Shown piece by piece: positions 1 to 10,216 of a stretch of 64,000 nt of DNA; within the stretch, counting starts at the first letter, position 1; the number at the start of each line of letters is the position of its first letter. Made by a program: the position numbers and the translations under genes. The stretch covers positions 1,280,001 through 1,344,000 of the forward strand of contig CAWGHO010000001.1 in NCBI GenBank assembly GCA_963822445.1. The letters are read 5' to 3'. The DNA comes from an uncultured Acidobacteriota bacterium. GTDB taxonomy: Bacteria > Acidobacteriota > Thermoanaerobaculia > Gp7-AA8. The notes beneath the pieces are model-generated. The model was not told the origin of the DNA, ran no database searches, and saw only the letters and a program-made list of their open reading frames with translations.

Positions 1-2829
1 TCGTGGGTCCGCAACAGCGTGTCCGTCGGCAACGGCGTCTACAAGACCACCGACGGCGGCGCGACCTGGACCAGCGTCGGCCTCACCGACACCGAGCACA
101 TCGCCCGCATCGCCGTGCATCCGAAAAAGTCGGACACGGTTTACGTCTGCGCGACCGGCCATGCCTGGGACGCGAATGAAGAGCGGGGCGTCTTCCGCAC
201 TACCGACGGTGGAAAGACCTGGAAAAAAGTCCTCTACGTCGACAAGGACACCGGCTGCGCGGACATCAGCCAGGATCCGGGCGATCCGAACATCCTCTAC
301 GCCGGCATGTGGCAGTTCCGCCGGCGCGCCGACAACTTCAACTCCGGCGGTCCGGGCAGCGCGCTGTATCGCACGAAGGACGGCGGCGAAACCTGGGAGA
401 AACTGAACGCTAATGCGGCAAGCGGCCTGCCCAAGGGACCGCTCGGCCGCATTGCCGTCGCGGTCGCGCCGTCACGTCCGAGCACGCTGTACGCGGTCGT
501 CGAAGCAAAGAAGACCGCCCTCTATCGCAGCGACGATCTCGGCGAGCACTGGCGCGAGATGAACGACTCGTTCAACATCCAGGTCCGCCCCTTCTACTTC
601 GCGTACGTCGTCGTCGATCCCTCGAATCACGAGCGGGTCTACAAGCCCGGCTACAACCTCACCTTCAGCGATGACGGCGGCAAGACCTTCATGCAGTCGG
701 CCTTCAGCAGCGGCGTGCATCCCGATCATCACGCCCTCTGGATCAACCCGCGGAACACGAACGAGCTCTTCGTCGGCACGGACGGCGGCGTCTATCAATC
801 GTTCGACAAGGCCCAGCGCTGGCGGTTCCTGAACGTGCTGCCGGTCTCGCAGTTCTACCACGTGAATTTCGACCTCGACGTGCCATACAACGTCTACGGC
901 GGCCTGCAGGACAACGGCACGTGGATGGGACCCTCACAGGCGCCGGGTGGCGTCTCGAACCATGACTGGAAGGCCATCGGCAGCGGCGACGGATTCGCCG
1001 TCACCACCGATCCCACCGAGCCGGACATCGTCTATCTCGAATCGCAGGGCGGCCGCATCGTCCGCTATCGCCGCTCCACAGGCGAGGCCAAGGAAATCTA
1101 TCCGTACGCCACGCAGGACGAATCGAAGCTCCGCTTCAACTGGAACACGCCGATCTACGCCAGCCCCACGCAGAAGGGAACGATCTACATCGGCTCGCAG
1201 TTCCTGATGCGCTCGCGCGATCGCGGCGAGTCGTGGGAGCGCATTTCCGGCGACCTCACCACGAACGACAAGAGCGGGCAGAAGCAGCTCGAGTCGGGCG
1301 GTCTCACGGTCGACAACTCCAGCGCGGAGAACTACACGACCATCATCACCATCTCCGAGTCGATCAAAAACGCGAACGTGATCTGGGTCGGCACCGACGA
1401 CGGGAACGTGCAGCTGACGAAGGACGGCGGGAAGAGCTGGACGAACGTCGGCGGCAACGTGCCCGGTCTGCCGAAGCGCACCTGGGTCTCGCGTGTCGAG
1501 GCCGGCCACTTCGATGAGAACGTCGCTTACGCAACGTTCGACGGTCATCGCACCGGCGACATGAAGACCTACGTCTATCGCACGCGCGACGCCGGCAAGA
1601 GCTGGGAAGCGCTGGCCACCGCGGACCTCAAGGGTTACGCGCAGGTCATCCGCGAAGACCTGATCAACCCCAACCTCCTCTTCCTCGGCACGGAAATGGG
1701 TCTCTACATGTCCCTCGATGCCGGGAAGAACTGGGCGCAGTTCAAGGAGAACTTCCCTCCCGCGCCCGTTTACGACATCGCTCTTCATCCACGGGATGGA
1801 GATGCGGTCATCGGCACGCACGGCCGCGGGATTTACATCATCGACGACCTCTCCCCGCTGCGCGCGCTCACGCCCGATCAGCTGGCGAAGGATGTGGTCA
1901 TGCTTCCTTCGCGTCCGTCGCTGCTGGGTATCCCGGCGTACGGTGGCCGCATGGAAGGAGACGACCTGTACTCGGCCGGGGAGGTCGCAGACGTCGCGTC
2001 GATCACCTACTACCTGAAGAAGCGCCACATCGTCGGCGACTCGAAGGTGGAGATTTACGATCCGTCCGGAAAGCTCATCTCGACGATTCCGGCCGGCAAG
2101 CGCCGCGGGATCAATCGCGTCGACTGGCCGATGCGGGCGAAGGCCCCGAAGATGCCTGCCGGCAGCTCGATCGTCTTCTCCGGCGGCGCGTTCTACGGCC
2201 CGCGGGCGCAGCAGGGCGAATACACCGTGAAGCTGATCAAAGGCAAGGAAACCTACACCTCGAAGATCACGCTCGCGCCCGATCCGCGCGCGACGTACAC
2301 AGCGGAAGAGCGCGGCCTGCAGCAGAAAACCGTGCGGCGTCTGTACGACATGCTGGCCGACTTCACGTTCCTCACCGAGCGGGTGAAGTCGCTGCGCGAT
2401 CAGGCCAACGCCCGCGCCGAAAAACTCTCCGGCGCGGAGAAGAAAAAGGTCGCGGCCTTCGCCTCGAAGATGGACGAACAGTACAAAACCCTGGTGGCCA
2501 CTCGCGAAGGCGGATGGCTGTCCGGCGAAGAGCAGCTCCGCGAACAGATCGGCGCGCTGTACGGCGCGATCAACAGCTTCGACGGCCCGCCGACGGACTC
2601 GCAGATCGCCGAGACCGAGCGCGTCGCCGGCGAGCTGGCGAAGAAGATCACCTGGTTCGATTCGACCTCGAAAGAGCTCGCCGAGATCAACCGCACCCTC
2701 GCTTCGAAGAAACTCGAAACGCTGACCGTCCTGGCGCGTGAAGAGTGGGAAAAGAAAGAGAGCGGCGTGATCGGCGGAACGACGAAGAATCAGTTTCGCG
2801 CGATCGTCGCGCGCCCGATGACGTTCTAG
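1..2829 (+). CDS. VPS10/sortilin-like BNR (Asp-box) repeat beta-propeller protein, putative glycosyl hydrolase; 5'-truncated by window edge
   Basis: Frame is open from base 1. Many Asp-box motifs (TTDGGATW, SDDLGEHW, SDDGGKTF, TKDGGKSW), then a FlgD-like segment and a helical C-terminus. Confidence 0.85.
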   Translation, partial: SWVRNSVSVGNGVYKTTDGGATWTSVGLTDTEHIARIAVHPKKSDTVYVCATGHAWDANEERGVFRTTDGGKTWKKVLYVDKDTGCADISQDPGDPNILYAGMWQFRRRADNFNSGGPGSALYRTKDGGETWEKLNANAASGLPKGPLGRIAVAVAPSRPSTLYAVVEAKKTALYRSDDLGEHWREMNDSFNIQVRPFYFAYVVVDPSNHERVYKPGYNLTFSDDGGKTFMQSAFSSGVHPDHHALWINPRNTNELFVGTDGGVYQSFDKAQRWRFLNVLPVSQFYHVNFDLDVPYNVYGGLQDNGTWMGPSQAPGGVSNHDWKAIGSGDGFAVTTDPTEPDIVYLESQGGRIVRYRRSTGEAKEIYPYATQDESKLRFNWNTPIYASPTQKGTIYIGSQFLMRSRDRGESWERISGDLTTNDKSGQKQLESGGLTVDNSSAENYTTIITISESIKNANVIWVGTDDGNVQLTKDGGKSWTNVGGNVPGLPKRTWVSRVEAGHFDENVAYATFDGHRTGDMKTYVYRTRDAGKSWEALATADLKGYAQVIREDLINPNLLFLGTEMGLYMSLDAGKNWAQFKENFPPAPVYDIALHPRDGDAVIGTHGRGIYIIDDLSPLRALTPDQLAKDVVMLPSRPSLLGIPAYGGRMEGDDLYSAGEVADVASITYYLKKRHIVGDSKVEIYDPSGKLISTIPAGKRRGINRVDWPMRAKAPKMPAGSSIVFSGGAFYGPRAQQGEYTVKLIKGKETYTSKITLAPDPRATYTAEERGLQQKTVRRLYDMLADFTFLTERVKSLRDQANARAEKLSGAEKKKVAAFASKMDEQYKTLVATREGGWLSGEEQLREQIGALYGAINSFDGPPTDSQIAETERVAGELAKKITWFDSTSKELAEINRTLASKKLETLTVLAREEWEKKESGVIGGTTKNQFRAIVARPMTF

Positions 2830-2832
2830 TTC

Positions 2833-2891
2833 GTGTAGTGTGGGCCTCCGGCCTACCTTTCCAAGGGTAGGCCCGGAGGCCCACACTACAC
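2833..2891. repeat. REP-doublet palindrome (GTAG-tagged), copy 1
   Basis: GTGTAGTGTGGGCCTCCGGCCTACC ... GGTAGGCCCGGAGGCCCACACTACAC, with one extra C in the right arm. Near-identical copy at 50550-50617. Confidence 0.9.
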
Positions 2892-2894
2892 CGT

Positions 2895-4637
2895 ATGCGG
2901 TTTGTCGTTTTCACCTCCCTCCTCCTCTGCGCCTGCACCACCGCGCGCGTGCCGCGCGTCGAAGACCTCTCCCTCGACGAAAAGGTCGGGCAGATGTTCG
3001 TGTACGCGGCGCATGCGACGTTCATGAACGAGGAGTCGGCGGGGTTTCGCCAGTTGCAGCGGCAGGTGCGCGACAACAAGGTCGGGGGGATCATCTGGTA
3101 CGTCTCGGATGTCTACGAGACGGCCTTCCTCACGCGGAAACTGCAGGACGCGGCGCGGATACCGCTGCTGATCAGTGCGGATCTCGAGGCCGGCGTGGGC
3201 ATGCGCTTCAGCGACACCACCTACTGGCCGCCGGCCATGGCTGTGGCGGCGACGGGTGATCCCGCGTTCGCCGAACAGACCGGAAAGATCGCCGCCGCCT
3301 CCAGTCAGCTCATCGGCGTCAACCACATCCTCGCGCCGGTCGCGGACGTGAACATCAATCCCGACAATCCGGTGATCAACACCCGCAGCTTCGGCGAGGA
3401 TCCGGAAACCGTCGGCCGCTTCGTTGCTGCATTCGTGAAGGGCGTGCAATCGGAGCCGGTGCTGGCGACAGCGAAACACTTCCCCGGCCACGGCGACACG
3501 AAGACCGACACCCATCGCTCCCTTCCTGTCTTCGACGTCGATCGGGCCCGCCTCGATCGGATCGAACTGGTTCCCTTCCGCGCCGCCATCGAAGTCGGTG
3601 TGGCGTCGGTCATGACCAGCCACCTGTCCATCCGCTCGCTCGATCCCACGCCCGCTCCGGTTCGCCGGCATGACGAATCGTCCGACGAGAATCCGTACAC
3701 GAAAGACGAGACCGAGACGACCCAGGGCGGAACGATTCCCGTCTCCCTTTCGCGGCCGGTGATCGAAGGCCTGCTACGCAAAGACCTCGGCTTCGAAGGC
3801 ATCGTCATCGGCGACGCGTTCGACATGGGCGGCCTCGTCGCCCACTTCGACGCCGGCGAAGCAGCGATCCGCGCGATCGAAGCAGGCACGGACATGATCC
3901 TGAAATCGGCGAACACCGATGCCGCGATCGCCGCGGTGAAAGAAGCGGTCCGCGGCGGACGCCTCTCCGAAGCGCGCATCGATCAGTCGGTGAAGCGGAT
4001 TCTCGATGCGAAGAGCCGCGTGCGGACGCACGTCGCAACCGACGAGGAAATCTTCCGCGGTGTCGACACCGCCGAACATCGCAAGGCCGCGGCGAACATC
4101 GCCGGCCGGGCCATCACCCTTCTTCGCGAAGAAGACGGCGCCCTTCCCCTGAAGCCGGACGCGCGAACGATCATCGTCTCGGTCAGCGACTTCCCCGAGA
4201 CCATCAATCCCGTCGGCGGCGTGGAGCGCGAAGTGCGGCGGCGGTTGAAATCGTACGCACCGGCGTTTCTCATCGACTCGCGATCGCGCGACGATGAAAT
4301 GACAGTGATTGCCGACGCGGCGAAGCAAGCCGATGTAGTCATCCTGGCCCTGGCCATTCGCGCGGTCTCCGGCGCGGGTCACATGAAGCTGCCCGATGCG
4401 GCGAAGCATCTCGTCGGAACGCTCCCATCAAACGTAAAGATCGTTGCCGTCGCTTTCGGATCGCCGTACGTGCTCCGCGATCTGCCATCGCTCCGCACGT
4501 ACCTTTGCGCGTACGGCACGCAACCGGTCCTGCAACGCGCGGCGGTCGAAGCGTTGTTCGGCGAGCGTCCCATCACTGGCAAATTGCCGGTCTCCATTCC
4601 CGGGCTGCATGCGAGGGGAGAAGGGCTCACGAAATGA
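2895..4637 (+). CDS. GH3 glycoside hydrolase, beta-N-acetylglucosaminidase-like lipoprotein
   Basis: Motifs ADLEAG, APVADVN, RSFGEDP, KHFPGHGDTKTDTH and GDAFDM, a GH3 C-terminal domain, and a lipobox-like LLLCAC. Confidence 0.9.
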   Translation: MRFVVFTSLLLCACTTARVPRVEDLSLDEKVGQMFVYAAHATFMNEESAGFRQLQRQVRDNKVGGIIWYVSDVYETAFLTRKLQDAARIPLLISADLEAGVGMRFSDTTYWPPAMAVAATGDPAFAEQTGKIAAASSQLIGVNHILAPVADVNINPDNPVINTRSFGEDPETVGRFVAAFVKGVQSEPVLATAKHFPGHGDTKTDTHRSLPVFDVDRARLDRIELVPFRAAIEVGVASVMTSHLSIRSLDPTPAPVRRHDESSDENPYTKDETETTQGGTIPVSLSRPVIEGLLRKDLGFEGIVIGDAFDMGGLVAHFDAGEAAIRAIEAGTDMILKSANTDAAIAAVKEAVRGGRLSEARIDQSVKRILDAKSRVRTHVATDEEIFRGVDTAEHRKAAANIAGRAITLLREEDGALPLKPDARTIIVSVSDFPETINPVGGVEREVRRRLKSYAPAFLIDSRSRDDEMTVIADAAKQADVVILALAIRAVSGAGHMKLPDAAKHLVGTLPSNVKIVAVAFGSPYVLRDLPSLRTYLCAYGTQPVLQRAAVEALFGERPITGKLPVSIPGLHARGEGLTK

Positions 4638-4657
4638 AACCGCCGCAAAGAACGGTG

Positions 4658-4686
4658 TTGACCGGCGGCAGCGAACAACCTACCTT
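4658..4686 (+). promoter_or_regulatory. Putative sigma70 promoter for the TonB-dependent receptor
   Basis: TTGACC (4658-4663), 17 bp spacer, TACCTT (4681-4686). AAGGAG Shine-Dalgarno precedes the ATG at 4740. Confidence 0.4.
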
Positions 4687-4739
4687 GGCCTGACCAACGG
4701 ACCTTTCCACGGAAACAACTCGGCAGCGAAGGAGACCTC

Positions 4740-7700
4740 ATGCGTCACCTCACCCGGTGGATTCTCGTGTCCCTGGCAGTTTTCCTCGGCGTCACTCCCC
4801 TTCTCGCCCAGACGGTTACCGGCACGATGAACGGCACCATCGTCGACTCGTCCGGCGCGGCTCTGCCCGGCGTCACCGTCACCATCCGCAACGCGGAGAC
4901 GGGACTCGAGCGCATCGTCGTCACCGACAGCGCGGGCTTCTTCAACGCGCCCTTCCTCCCCATCGGCCGCTACAACGTCGAAGCGCAGCTCGGTGGATTC
5001 GGAATGCAGACGCGGCAGAACGTGCGCGTCGATCTGAATCAGACAGTCGTGCAGGACTTCATCCTCGGCATGGCCCTCGCCGAGAGCGTGACCGTCACCG
5101 CCGACGCGCCGCGTATCAACGTGGCCGACGGCGAGATCAAGCAGACCCTGCGCGCCGAAGAGATCATGAACATCCCCTCGCGCGACCAGACCAGCTTCCT
5201 CGGGCTCGCGGCAACGCTGGCCGGTTATCAGGAAACGAATCCGGGTGCGGGCATGGACAACCCCACGCTCTCGGTCGGCTCATCGGCGAACTTCAACGGC
5301 GCCGGAACGCGCGGCACGACCTTCCAGATCAACGGCGTGAACAACGACGACTCCTCGGAAAACCAGCATCGCCAGGGCGTGGCGCTGGCGACGATCAAGT
5401 CCTTCCAGGTCCTGAGCAACAGCTACAGCGCGGAGTTCGGTCGCGGCTACGGCGCGGTGGTGCTCGTGCAGACCATGTCCGGCACGAACCAGGTCGCCGG
5501 CGAGGTTTACGGCTACGCGCAGGACGGCCAGTGGAACGAAAAGAACTTCTTCGCGCGGACCCAGCCGAAGCCGGAGAACTACCGCCGCCAGTTCGGCGCG
5601 ACCGGCGGCTTCCCGATCATGCGGGACAAGCTCTTCGCGTTCGTCAACTACGACTCCACGCAGTTCAAAGGCAACACCTTCGTGTCGCGGCCGCTCATTC
5701 TCGCGAGCGACATGTCCCTGCCCCGCCTGACTCTCGGCAATGACACGCCGGCGAACCGCGCGTTCCAGGACGCGATCCTGGCGCGCTTCCCGACCGGACT
5801 CACGCCGAACAACCCGGCCCTCTCCAACCGCGCCTACCAGTACCCGCAGTTCGCTGACAATCCCGACAAGGACTGGTCGGCGCGCGTCGACTGGAACATC
5901 AGCAACAGCAACATCGTCTACGGCCGCTACCAGCGGAGCGGTCAGATCCGCGAGAACCAGGAACTGATCATCGGAGAGCAGACCCTCCAGGACAACGATC
6001 AGTCGAACTTCGGTCTGACCTGGACGAACGTGCTCAGCTCGAACACGGTCCAGGAAGTGCGCCTCGGCATCGGTGAGCGCAGCACCAACGTGAACATTCT
6101 GGCCGGCAACGACACACCGATCGTGCGCTGGGCAGCGGTCACACCCGGACACATCATCGGCAACGCCGGCGCCTATCCCATCAACCGCGACCAGACCGAC
6201 AAGCAGTTCGTCTACAACATCTCCAGCGCGCGATGGGCCGGGCACACGCTGAAACTGGGCACGGACATCCGCCGCTCCACGCTCGACGATCGCGCCTCGA
6301 ACAACAATCGCGGCTTCTGGAACTTCACCGCGGCCTGCGGCGGCGTGACCTACGCGAGCGGACTGCACGCCTTCATGGCCGGATGCGTGGCCACGTACCA
6401 GAAGAGCATCGGCCCCGACTTTCTCGAAAATGAATTGAACGAGCTCAACGCCTACGTGCAGGACGACTGGCGTCCGTTCAACAACCTCACTCTAAATCTC
6501 GGCGTGCGCTACGAGCGCGTCGCCGCGCCGGAGGAAAGAGAGAATCGGATCGACTACTTCTTCGACGACAGCCAGTACATCGATCCGCGACTCGGCTTCG
6601 CCTACACGCCGAACTGGGACAACAACCGCTTCCTCCGCGCGCTGACCGGCGGCAACGGACGCTTCTCCATCCGCGGCGGATACGGCGTCTCTCACGGGCG
6701 GGTGTTCCAGTCGATCTTCTCGCAGGGCGGCGCAAACGTTCGCTACAACCCGCCCGACGCGATCTCTCTCAGCATTCCCAGCTCCACCAACATCGCCGAT
6801 CCGACGAACGGCTTCGTGTTCGTTCCGGGACAGCCGCTGACCACGCGCGTTGCGCTCACCACGATCGATCCCGATCTGGTGATGCCGGAGACGCGGCAGT
6901 GGAACCTCACCTTCGAGCGGCAGATCTTCAATCAGGCCCGCGTGCGAGCCAGCTACATCGGAACGCTGGGCAAGAATCTCCTGCAGTACCGCTTCGAGAA
7001 TCTGCCGCTCCGTCCGGATGCGCCGGGCTCGCAGTACGTGGTCGCCGCGGACTGGCGTTGCGCCGGCACCGGCACACCCGGCCAGGCGGTAAACGCGACC
7101 TGTCCCGTGGCCGTGCCGATCGCGCCGAACGAGATCAGCCTGCGCATTCCTCGCACGAACGAGCGGCGTCCCGACGCGCGCTACACGACGAACCTCGTGG
7201 TCGACAACATCGCCGACAGCTCGTACCACGGCGGTCAGTTCGAGTTCGAGACGGGCCTGGTCCGCAATTTCACCGGCCGCATGTCCTACACGTTCAGCAA
7301 AGCGATGGACAGCGGTTCCGAGGCTACGGCTTCGGGGACCGGGGACATCAATATCTTTCCGCCGGAGTACGAGGACTACAAACGGGGGCTTTCCCGCTTC
7401 GACACCCGCCATCGCTTCGTCGGAACGGCCAGTTACCACCTGCCGTTCTTCCGCGACCAGAAGGACTGGAAGGGCCTGCTGTTCGGCGGCTGGCAGGTAT
7501 CGTCGGTCATCCGGCTCTCGTCGGGCACGCCCTTCACGATCATCGACACGGGTGCGGTCGACATCGACTTCGATGGTGTCGCCAATCAGCGGCCGGTCGC
7601 CGTCACGCCCGACGCGAACGGCGGATGGCACGTCAACTATCCCGGCGACGCGACGAAGAAGCTGAACACGAGCAAGTTCCGCCGCGCCACGGCGAGCGAC

Positions 7701-7955
7701 GGCCTCGACGATCTGGTGGGCCGCAACACCTACTTCACCGACGGGCGCGAGCAGGTGGACATGGGCATCTACAAGACCTTCCACATGCTTCAGAACTCGG
7801 TGGTGGTCCGCCTGGACATGTTCAACGTCTTCGATCACGTGACCTTCGGCGTGCCGGTCAACGACTTCGCCAACGCGAACTTCGGCCGCATCCTCGGCGC
7901 GCACCCGGACTACATTCCCCGGACGTATCAGATCGGGATCCGGCTGCTGTACTAA
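4740..7955 (+). CDS. TonB-dependent receptor, Oar-like, with N-terminal carboxypeptidase-regulatory-like domain
   Basis: Signal peptide, GAALPGVTVTIRN domain, plug motif YSAEFGRG, LTLNLGVRYE, and C-terminal PRTYQIGIRLLY. Confidence 0.92.
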   Translation: MRHLTRWILVSLAVFLGVTPLLAQTVTGTMNGTIVDSSGAALPGVTVTIRNAETGLERIVVTDSAGFFNAPFLPIGRYNVEAQLGGFGMQTRQNVRVDLNQTVVQDFILGMALAESVTVTADAPRINVADGEIKQTLRAEEIMNIPSRDQTSFLGLAATLAGYQETNPGAGMDNPTLSVGSSANFNGAGTRGTTFQINGVNNDDSSENQHRQGVALATIKSFQVLSNSYSAEFGRGYGAVVLVQTMSGTNQVAGEVYGYAQDGQWNEKNFFARTQPKPENYRRQFGATGGFPIMRDKLFAFVNYDSTQFKGNTFVSRPLILASDMSLPRLTLGNDTPANRAFQDAILARFPTGLTPNNPALSNRAYQYPQFADNPDKDWSARVDWNISNSNIVYGRYQRSGQIRENQELIIGEQTLQDNDQSNFGLTWTNVLSSNTVQEVRLGIGERSTNVNILAGNDTPIVRWAAVTPGHIIGNAGAYPINRDQTDKQFVYNISSARWAGHTLKLGTDIRRSTLDDRASNNNRGFWNFTAACGGVTYASGLHAFMAGCVATYQKSIGPDFLENELNELNAYVQDDWRPFNNLTLNLGVRYERVAAPEERENRIDYFFDDSQYIDPRLGFAYTPNWDNNRFLRALTGGNGRFSIRGGYGVSHGRVFQSIFSQGGANVRYNPPDAISLSIPSSTNIADPTNGFVFVPGQPLTTRVALTTIDPDLVMPETRQWNLTFERQIFNQARVRASYIGTLGKNLLQYRFENLPLRPDAPGSQYVVAADWRCAGTGTPGQAVNATCPVAVPIAPNEISLRIPRTNERRPDARYTTNLVVDNIADSSYHGGQFEFETGLVRNFTGRMSYTFSKAMDSGSEATASGTGDINIFPPEYEDYKRGLSRFDTRHRFVGTASYHLPFFRDQKDWKGLLFGGWQVSSVIRLSSGTPFTIIDTGAVDIDFDGVANQRPVAVTPDANGGWHVNYPGDATKKLNTSKFRRATASDGLDDLVGRNTYFTDGREQVDMGIYKTFHMLQNSVVVRLDMFNVFDHVTFGVPVNDFANANFGRILGAHPDYIPRTYQIGIRLLY

Positions 7956-8057
7956 GTACGGCGAGCGTCTCGCTCGCGCCGCGCGGGGCATCCTGCCCCG
8001 CGCTTCGGCGCCGGGCGGGACGCCCGGCGCTGAGCGGCCGGGACGGCCACCGTACGA
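7956..8057. repeat. 102-bp four-hairpin REPIN/MITE-like element (inverted copy of the unit at 24328-24606)
   Basis: Fills the whole intergenic space from TAA to ATG. Ends are GTACGG...CCGTAC. Its reverse complement aligns to the 104-bp tandem unit. Confidence 0.9.
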
Positions 8058-9245
8058 ATGACCATCACTCCCTCCCTCCTTTCGAACCTGCGCGGGCTGC
8101 CCCGGCCCGCGTGGGTTCTGTTCGGAGGGACGTTCGTCAATCGCTTCGGCACCTTCGTGATGCCGTTCCTGGCGATTTACGTCACGCGGCTGAAGTTCTC
8201 GGCAACGCAGGCCGGCCTGGCCATCAGCCTCTACGGCGCCGGAACGATCCTCGCGTCCATGCTCGGCGGCCATCTCGCCGATCGGATCGGTCGGCGGCAC
8301 ACCATAGCGTTGTCGATGCTCGGCAGCGCGGCGGCGATGATGGCGCTGTCGCAGGCGCGCTCGTTTCCTGCCATCGTCACCTGCGCGTTTTTCGTCGGCC
8401 TTGCCGGAGAGCTTTACCGTCCAGCCGCTTCCGCCCTCCTCGGTGATCTGGTTACGCCCGAACAGCGCGTCGTGGCGTTCGGCATGTACCGCTTCGCGAT
8501 CAATCTCGGCTTCGCGATCGGCCCGGCCACCGCTGGCTTTCTCGCGGACCGATCCTTCTTCTGGCTCTTCGCGGTCGATGCCGCGACGTCCCTTGCGTAC
8601 GGTGTGGTCGCGCTCTTCGCGTTGCCGCACGGAGTGCGCTCCTCGGCCTCGCAGGAAAAGACGGGCGAGGCATTGGCCGTGGCGCTGCGGGATCGCGCGT
8701 TCGTCCTTTTTCTCATCGCGACTTTTTTCCTGACCTGGGTTGAATTTCAGGTCACCTCGACTGTCCCGCTTTACATCCAGAGCCTCGGCCACTCCGCCGC
8801 CACGTACGGCATGCTCATGTCGCTCAACGGCGTAATCATCGTGACTCTCGAGCTTGTGCTGATTGCGTGGACGCAGCGCTTCCCGGCGCAAACGATGATC
8901 GCCGTCGGCTACGCGCTCACCGGCATCGGGTTCTCGCTGATGGCCGTCGCGCACGGCGTTCCGATGCTGGCGATGACCGTGGTGATCTGGACGCTCGGCG
9001 AGATGATCTACGCGCCGGTGACCGGGGCGTACGTCACGACGCTCGCGCCCGAGCGCTATCGCGGCCGCTACATGGGCCTGTGGCACCTGATGTGGTCGAT
9101 GGGCCTGCTCATCGGACCGGCGACCGGGACGATGCTGCTCGAATACAACCCCAACGTGCTGTGGGGCGCATGTCTGGTGATGGGATTGCTGGCGGCCGGG
9201 CTCGCGCTGTTGAAGCCGAGACCGGCGGTACAATCTTCGCCATGA
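8058..9245 (+). CDS. MFS transporter (MdtH-like)
   Basis: About 12 hydrophobic segments, MFS motif A (GGHLADRIGRR) and APERYRGRYMG. Confidence 0.9.
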   Translation: MTITPSLLSNLRGLPRPAWVLFGGTFVNRFGTFVMPFLAIYVTRLKFSATQAGLAISLYGAGTILASMLGGHLADRIGRRHTIALSMLGSAAAMMALSQARSFPAIVTCAFFVGLAGELYRPAASALLGDLVTPEQRVVAFGMYRFAINLGFAIGPATAGFLADRSFFWLFAVDAATSLAYGVVALFALPHGVRSSASQEKTGEALAVALRDRAFVLFLIATFFLTWVEFQVTSTVPLYIQSLGHSAATYGMLMSLNGVIIVTLELVLIAWTQRFPAQTMIAVGYALTGIGFSLMAVAHGVPMLAMTVVIWTLGEMIYAPVTGAYVTTLAPERYRGRYMGLWHLMWSMGLLIGPATGTMLLEYNPNVLWGACLVMGLLAAGLALLKPRPAVQSSP

Positions 9246-10216
9246 TCCGGAAGCTCTCCCTCCTCCTCGCGCTTCTCCTCGCCACATTCGCATCCGCCGG
9301 TACACGCACGCTCGACGGCACGCGCATCGCCAATGGCGCGACTGTCGGCGGCATCGTCACCGCCGTAAATGGCAATCTCATTCATCTCGCCGGCGGAGCG
9401 ATCACCATCGACGCGACCGGCGCGAAGGCCAACGGGACCGTCGAGCCGGGGATGATCGTCCTGGCCACGCTGGACAGCTCCGACGTCGCGGCGAACGCAC
9501 CTCTCCGCGCGACGTCGATCACGGTCTCGCCGCTTCCGGACGGCACGCTCTTCGGAGCCGTACAGAGCGTCGACACGGCGAACAGCACGTTCACCATTCT
9601 CGGTCGCACGATCCGCGTTACATCCGACACGAGCTTCGGCGGCATGCACAAGAGCCGCGACAGCGAGCGGCCGAGCCTCGCCGACATCCTTCCGAATCAA
9701 CTCGTCACCGTCACCGTCGATGCGGTCAACGGCCAGCTCGTGGCCACCAACGTCCTCCTGCTCGCGCCGGCGCTCCCGGAGATTCATTCGACGAGAGGAA
9801 CGGTGAAGACCATCGGCACCGACTCGTGGGTCATCGAGCGCGAGCGCGGCGACGAGATCACCGTGGTCATCGACGCGCAGACGAAGATCGTTGGATCGCC
9901 GAAAGCCGGCGACACCGTCGAGCTGCTCTACCGCGTCGACTCCTCGAACACCTTCGTGGCCATCTCCATCATCAAGTTCACCCCGCCCAAGCTGCCGACG
10001 ATCGACATCTTCCGCTTCTCCGGCGTCGTCGAGTCGATCGAATCGTCTGCCTGGGTCGTGGCGAAGGACGAAGGCAGCGAGAAGGTCAAACTGGTGATCG
10101 ATCGAAACTCGCAGATCGACCCAGGCATCAGGACCGGCGACAAGGTGGAAGTGCTCGCGCAGCGCAACAAAGACGGCAGCGTCACCGCGCTGGTGATCGT
10201 GAGGCGTCTTTTCTAA
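9242..10216 (+). CDS. Secreted DUF5666-repeat protein
   Basis: Start reassigned to ATG 9242 (MIRKLSLLLALLLATFASA signal peptide). About four repeats of the G.V..V...T.I.G....GD.VEV pattern. Confidence 0.75.
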   Translation: MIRKLSLLLALLLATFASAGTRTLDGTRIANGATVGGIVTAVNGNLIHLAGGAITIDATGAKANGTVEPGMIVLATLDSSDVAANAPLRATSITVSPLPDGTLFGAVQSVDTANSTFTILGRTIRVTSDTSFGGMHKSRDSERPSLADILPNQLVTVTVDAVNGQLVATNVLLLAPALPEIHSTRGTVKTIGTDSWVIERERGDEITVVIDAQTKIVGSPKAGDTVELLYRVDSSNTFVAISIIKFTPPKLPTIDIFRFSGVVESIESSAWVVAKDEGSEKVKLVIDRNSQIDPGIRTGDKVEVLAQRNKDGSVTALVIVRRLF

